Of a stretch of DNA of 64,000 nt, positions 59,706 through 64,000 are shown piece after piece; position 1 is the stretch's first letter; each line of letters starts with the position of its first letter. The notes beneath the pieces are model-generated. The model had not been told where the DNA came from. It searched no databases and worked only from the letters and a program-made list of their open reading frames with translations. This DNA comes from an uncultured Acidobacteriota bacterium (GTDB lineage Bacteria; Acidobacteriota; UBA6911), in NCBI GenBank assembly GCA_963809485.1, contig CAWEJX010000020.1, forward strand, positions 1,120,001 through 1,184,000, given 5' to 3'. Made by a program: the position numbers and the translations under genes.

Positions 59706-59946
59706 TGAGGACCGGGCTCCAGAGTCTGTTTCAAAACGACTGTCATGAGATCCTCGCCGGCAGTTTTGAGAAGGTCTCTGGAGAGCCGTCCTCACCCAAA
59801 CAACATCAAATGCTGAGAAAATAATTTCTATTAATGTTTTTTCAGCGTACGTCAGCGTTTATCGGCGTACGTCAGCGTTAAAATTTGCAGACGGGCCTCC
59901 AGAACCGGTGGATCTCCCAATGGATTAGTAAGGACGGGTCTCCAGA
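59706..59946 (+). repeat. Modular repeat family 2, copy C (Y-X plus extra end)
   Basis: Junctions CTCCAGAG 59717, CTCTGGAG 59776, CTCCAGAA 59897. Confidence 0.75.
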
Positions 59947-60228
59947 CGCGCCCGAGCGGATTGCTCGCGCATGGATCCCCAAAATGCAGCCACCACTTTT
60001 TTGCAATATTCAGAGCTTCGCACCGCAACGCTTGCAGTAAAGGGCATTCATGTCGTGGCCCTGGATGCCGCGGGCGGGGCACGCCTGTCCCGAAACCGGC
60101 GGCAAAGCCCGCCACGGAAATCCGTCCGCTTCCGGCCGTCCCTGCAAATCCAATCGCGGTTTTGAGCTGCTTGGGCGGACCTGCCAAAGCTGATATAATC
60201 CCGCCCCATTAAAGATTGGGAGTTCGCT

Positions 60229-61140
60229 GTGAGCGAATCGAGCGGTTCACGCGCCGTTCTGGCGGCGCTGCTGGCAAATCTCGGCATCGCGGCGTCGAAG
60301 TTTGTCGCGTTTTCCTTCACCGGATCGTCGTCGATGCTCTCCGAGGGCCTGCACTCTGTAGCGGATTCCGGCAACCAGGTGCTGCTGATGGTTGGCCGCA
60401 AAAGAGCCCGGCGGGCGGCTACTGAGGAGCATCCTTTCGGTTACGGACGGTCCCGCTACGTTTACGCCTTCATCGTTTCAATCGTGCTGTTCAGCCTCGG
60501 CGGAATATTCGCGCTCGCAGAAGGCGGGCTAAAAATCGCCCACCCGGAGGAACTCAAAAACCCGGTGTGGGCTTTCGCAGTTCTTATCGTAGCAATTGCG
60601 CTTGAGGCTTTCTCGCTGAGGACGGCGGTCAAGGAATCCAACCACGAGCGGCGCGGTGTCCCATGGGACCGGTTCGTGCGCGGGGCGAAGGCGCCGGAGC
60701 TGCCCGTGGTGCTGCTCGAGGACACCGGGGCCCTGCTCGGCCTGGTTTTTGCGTTGTTCGGCGTCAGCGCGGCCGTCATAACCCGCGACGGGCGCTGGGA
60801 CGGCGCCGGCTCGCTGTCCATCGGCGCACTGCTGGTGCTGATCGCAATATTTCTTGCCCTGGAGATGAACAGCCTGCTCATCGGCGAATCCGGCAGCGCG
60901 GAACACGTCGCCGCAATCCGTAAGGCGATCGAGGCCGGCGAGGACATTGAGCGCATCATTCACCTCAAGACGCTCCACCTCGGGCCGGACAACCTCATGG
61001 TGGCCGCAAAAATCGCCGTACGGAACGACGAAACCGCGGCCTCCGTAGCGCGCGCCATCAACGCTGCCGAATCGCGCATACGCTGCGCCGTGCCCATTGC
61101 CCATGTGATCTACCTCGAACCGGACATCTTCCGGAAATAG
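60229..61140 (+). CDS. Cation diffusion facilitator family transporter
   Basis: SEGLHSVADSGNQ, HPFGYGR, VLLEDTGAL, IYLEPD. Confidence 0.93.
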   Translation: MSESSGSRAVLAALLANLGIAASKFVAFSFTGSSSMLSEGLHSVADSGNQVLLMVGRKRARRAATEEHPFGYGRSRYVYAFIVSIVLFSLGGIFALAEGGLKIAHPEELKNPVWAFAVLIVAIALEAFSLRTAVKESNHERRGVPWDRFVRGAKAPELPVVLLEDTGALLGLVFALFGVSAAVITRDGRWDGAGSLSIGALLVLIAIFLALEMNSLLIGESGSAEHVAAIRKAIEAGEDIERIIHLKTLHLGPDNLMVAAKIAVRNDETAASVARAINAAESRIRCAVPIAHVIYLEPDIFRK

Positions 61141-61302
61141 AAAAATTGCCGGCCGGCCCGCAATAACCAACCGCATGCTTTGAGACGGCTCGGCCGAGCT
61201 GTCCCCGCCAACAGCTAAAATCACTTATCGGGAATTTGATTCGGCGGTAGAATCGCTTCTGTATAGAGGTCCGTTACAATGCCGGCTATCGGCGGAGAAG
61301 CC

Positions 61303-62976
61303 ATGCCACCGCAAAAAATATTGAGTTCCAGGCTGACGGAACAGTTCAACGCGCTCCGCGAGATCCTGAAAAGCTCCCTGTCACTGACGGAAAGACTCTC
61401 GGATAAAGACTCCTGCGCCATTCTCAGCGAACGCCTTGCGCGCCTCCAATCCGCGGCGCTCTTCGTCTTCGTCGGCGAAGTCAAATCGGGCAAAAGCAGC
61501 TTCATCAACGCCCTTCTCGGGCAGGACGTCTGCGAGGTCGCGCCCGATCCGTGCACATCCAGGATCCAGGAACTGGTTTACGGGGACGAACCCGCCACAG
61601 CGACGCTGGGTGATTACTGGGAGCGCGTCTTTCTGCCCAAGCCCGTTTTGCGGGAAATAACCATCGTGGACACTCCCGGGACCAACTCCATCATCCGCAA
61701 CCACCAGGCGATCACGGAGAACTATATCCCGCAGAGCGACCTCGTCATTTTCGTCTTTCCAGCCAAAAATCCCTACACGGGCACCTCGTGGGAGCTTCTG
61801 TCGCTCATACGGAAAGACTGGCTCCGCAAAATTGTGTTTGTCCTTCAGCAGTCGGATCTTGCGTCCGGGCACGAACTCGCCACGAACCTGGAACGCATTA
61901 AAGAATATGCGCGCGAGCGGAATGTTCAGAACCCGGTGGTGTTCACGGCATCGGCAAAGCGGGAACAGGAGGGCGCATCGGACAGCGGCTTCGCGGAGTT
62001 CCGCGAGTTCATGCGCAAGACGGTCGAGAGCGGCGATGTCTGGAAAATGAAGGTGGACGGAGCGCGCGACACGGCCCGGAAGATCGTGAGCGCATCGCTG
62101 GCTTCACTGCGGGCCGAAGAGGCCGCCGTTGCCGCGGACAGGATTTTTTACAGCGAACTGACGGCCAAAATCGAGGCTCGCAGGGAAAAGGCCCGTTCGC
62201 TGCAGCGCCTCGTCGTGGACAGCCTTGCCGCCACCTATGACCGCCTGTCCCGTTCTCTCGAGGATGATTTTGCCGAAGGGTTGGGCGCCGGCAACGTGTT
62301 GAAACGATCCATCCCCTTTCTGCGCGACAAAGATATCAAAACGTGGCTGAAGGATCTTCAGTCGCAGTTTGAGAAGAGAGCCAGGGAGGAAATCGACGCC
62401 GAATCGCTCCGGGTATCGAAGGACCTCACCGATGAAATGCAGACGATGCTGGACGAACTTGTCCAGGCGGTGGGGCGCCGTCAGAAGGAAGGCGAGGCGA
62501 GCGCGCTTTCTCGAATCTCCGGCCGCTCGGAAGTGCTGGAGCGCCTGCAATCCAGGCTCAAGGAACTGCGCATAGCGGACATCGTGGGAGACAAGGGGAT
62601 TCAGGGATCGAACCTGGGGATGCTCACGCTGGCCGGCGGCGGCATAGCGGCCCTAGGAACCGTCATCGCGCTGGCGACCCACATGATGGTAGTGGATATA
62701 ACCGGCGGCGTCATCGCCACCCTCGGCATCGGCATTATAGCGCTGGCCTTGCTCTGGAAGCGCTCCGGCATACTCTCTGAATTCCGCCGCAAGATGGCGA
62801 AATCGCGCGAAGAGTTCCGGGACAGGCTGAACCAGGAGATCACCCAGATATTCGAGAAGCTCTTTCTGGAGATCGAGCAGCAGGTCAAGGAACCGCTTGC
62901 CCGCCTGGACAAGCAGGCCGCCCATCTATCCGCCCTGACCTCCGAAGCCCGCCGAATAATGGAGAAATTGGTCTAA
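61303..62976 (+). CDS. Bacterial dynamin-like GTPase
   Basis: GEVKSGKSS, DTPGTN, QQSD at G4; long helical stalk; TM hairpin. Confidence 0.88.
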   Translation: MPPQKILSSRLTEQFNALREILKSSLSLTERLSDKDSCAILSERLARLQSAALFVFVGEVKSGKSSFINALLGQDVCEVAPDPCTSRIQELVYGDEPATATLGDYWERVFLPKPVLREITIVDTPGTNSIIRNHQAITENYIPQSDLVIFVFPAKNPYTGTSWELLSLIRKDWLRKIVFVLQQSDLASGHELATNLERIKEYARERNVQNPVVFTASAKREQEGASDSGFAEFREFMRKTVESGDVWKMKVDGARDTARKIVSASLASLRAEEAAVAADRIFYSELTAKIEARREKARSLQRLVVDSLAATYDRLSRSLEDDFAEGLGAGNVLKRSIPFLRDKDIKTWLKDLQSQFEKRAREEIDAESLRVSKDLTDEMQTMLDELVQAVGRRQKEGEASALSRISGRSEVLERLQSRLKELRIADIVGDKGIQGSNLGMLTLAGGGIAALGTVIALATHMMVVDITGGVIATLGIGIIALALLWKRSGILSEFRRKMAKSREEFRDRLNQEITQIFEKLFLEIEQQVKEPLARLDKQAAHLSALTSEARRIMEKLV

Positions 62977-62980
62977 GATG

Positions 62981-63478
62981 GGTAAGATGGGGACACTCGC
63001 CATTGTCCCCTTTCCCCAAAACAGCCCCTACCGGTCAGGTACCTCCGGCAAAGCCGGAGGCTTGAAAGATTGGAACCGCTCAAAGCGGTTGGAGGAGTTA
63101 CGCCGGTCTTGAACGCTGACTTACGCGGGCAAAAGCCGATGAGGCGCTTCCGATCCCCGCAGGGGCCAGCGCTCCGCGCTGGACAGTTTTCTGCGGCGGC
63201 ACTGTGGCAAGCGCCGTGCGGCAAGCAGATGAAGGGTATGAGAAACCGGGCGTTTGCCACAGTGCCGCCGCAGAAAACTCCATCGGAAGCGCCTCATCGG
63301 CTTTTGCTCGCCGACCCTCGCCGAACAAATCGGCGTTTGTCAGCGCTTCTATCAGCGTTTCTCAGCGTTTCAAAATACGGAGCTGTCAAACTCTTTGAGT
63401 CTCCCAGCAGAGCCGGGGATTTACCAATGTAATTAAGTGTTTCTTTAAGGGGACATTCGTGACTGTCTCCATCTTACC
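62981..63478. repeat. Imperfect 32-bp REP-like inverted pair enclosing nested element copy 6
   Basis: GGTAAGATGGGGACACTCGCCATTGTCCCCTT (62981-63012) versus AAGGGGACATTCGTGACTGTCTCCATCTTACC (63447-63478). Confidence 0.65.
63034..63429 (-). mobile_element. Nested element full copy 6
   Basis: Near-identical to 6164-6556, core in the same orientation. Confidence 0.82.
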
Positions 63479-64000
63479 TGCCGGACCGGGTCAGGGTGGC
63501 GCCGCGGACTTTTCTGGTCTGGTCTGAAGTGGGCGCGTACAGCCCTTCCCGGTAGTACGTCATGCCGAACGAATATCCGGGTATACCGCCGGCCACCACT
63601 ATTCGTATATCTTCAGGCCGGTCCAGAATAGGCAGTTTCCCCCCCGGCTTCAGGGCTTCCATGAAAACCGGCACGCGGTCCGGCGGGATTTCGCCGGAAT
63701 CGATTCTCGGCTGGATGGATGCGATTTCCGCCGGCGTCAGCTGCTCGTAAGGTATGGTCGCACGCCCGTAAAGCAGTTTTTGAAGGCTTGCGCGCGTCTG
63801 TCCCTGGCGGCTCAGCTCATTCGCAAGTTCCGGCTGAAAAATTAATATGTGCTTCATCGGCCCGGGATTCGGCCCGCCGCGTCTCCAGCCCTGCATCATC
63901 GGACGGCTGCTTAACAGACTTCGGGTGATGCTGTCGAGAATCTGCTCCGGGGTCCAGGGCTCCACGGCGCCGCCGCCGAAGTAGTTGCCCGGCGAACTCA
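63474..64000 (-). CDS. C-terminus of a probable second UGSC-family protein (5' end outside window)
   Basis: Frame open to the window edge; PEDIRIVVAGG matches PENINLVVVGG in 51933-53714. Confidence 0.65.
   Translation of the reverse strand, partial: SSPGNYFGGGAVEPWTPEQILDSITRSLLSSRPMMQGWRRGGPNPGPMKHILIFQPELANELSRQGQTRASLQKLLYGRATIPYEQLTPAEIASIQPRIDSGEIPPDRVPVFMEALKPGGKLPILDRPEDIRIVVAGGIPGYSFGMTYYREGLYAPTSDQTRKVRGATLTRSGR

Noticed and set aside
6164-63429. CRISPR array interpretation of the repeats
   Set aside because: Repeats are dispersed, nested inverted units rather than regularly spaced direct repeats with unique spacers; no cas genes.

Overview
A 64-kb, GC-rich bacterial chromosome window. 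Gene content and style suggest an anaerobic Acidobacteriota-like genome (inference only). It has about 50 CDSs and one tRNA-Ser(UGA). Bases 1-18 kb form a redox/periplasmic cluster: an AprA/SdhA-family flavoprotein with a twin-arginine ferredoxin, a DUF5916-like protein, two CDRxCL-motif secreted proteins, two Tat DUF362 proteins, an orphan xanthine-oxidase-family Mo subunit, a bicupin and a RAYT transposase. The rest holds stress/metal genes (18-Cys secreted protein, ferritin-like protein, PerR/Fur-Prx-MBL/rhodanese), a partial complex I operon (nuoA-C-G-H), an ECF sigma/anti-sigma pair, an M2 peptidase, VapBC, an OYE flavoenzyme, a CDF transporter and a dynamin-like GTPase. Main unexplained signals: (1) a nested non-coding element with IS200-like hairpin ends, in six co-oriented copies, with stepwise-deleted inner layers and a 43-bp core that is inverted in one copy; (2) a second modular repeat family joined at CTCYRGAG junctions in shuffled order; (3) REP-like palindromes with exact 9-nt tandem duplications at their outer feet, two of them beside the RAYT; (4) a probable 593-aa selenoprotein (U-D-G-C) that the ORF track splits at an in-frame TGA. 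Several gene relics, internal deletions and 1-bp frameshifts are also present; some may be assembly errors. Family names come from motif recognition, not database searches.
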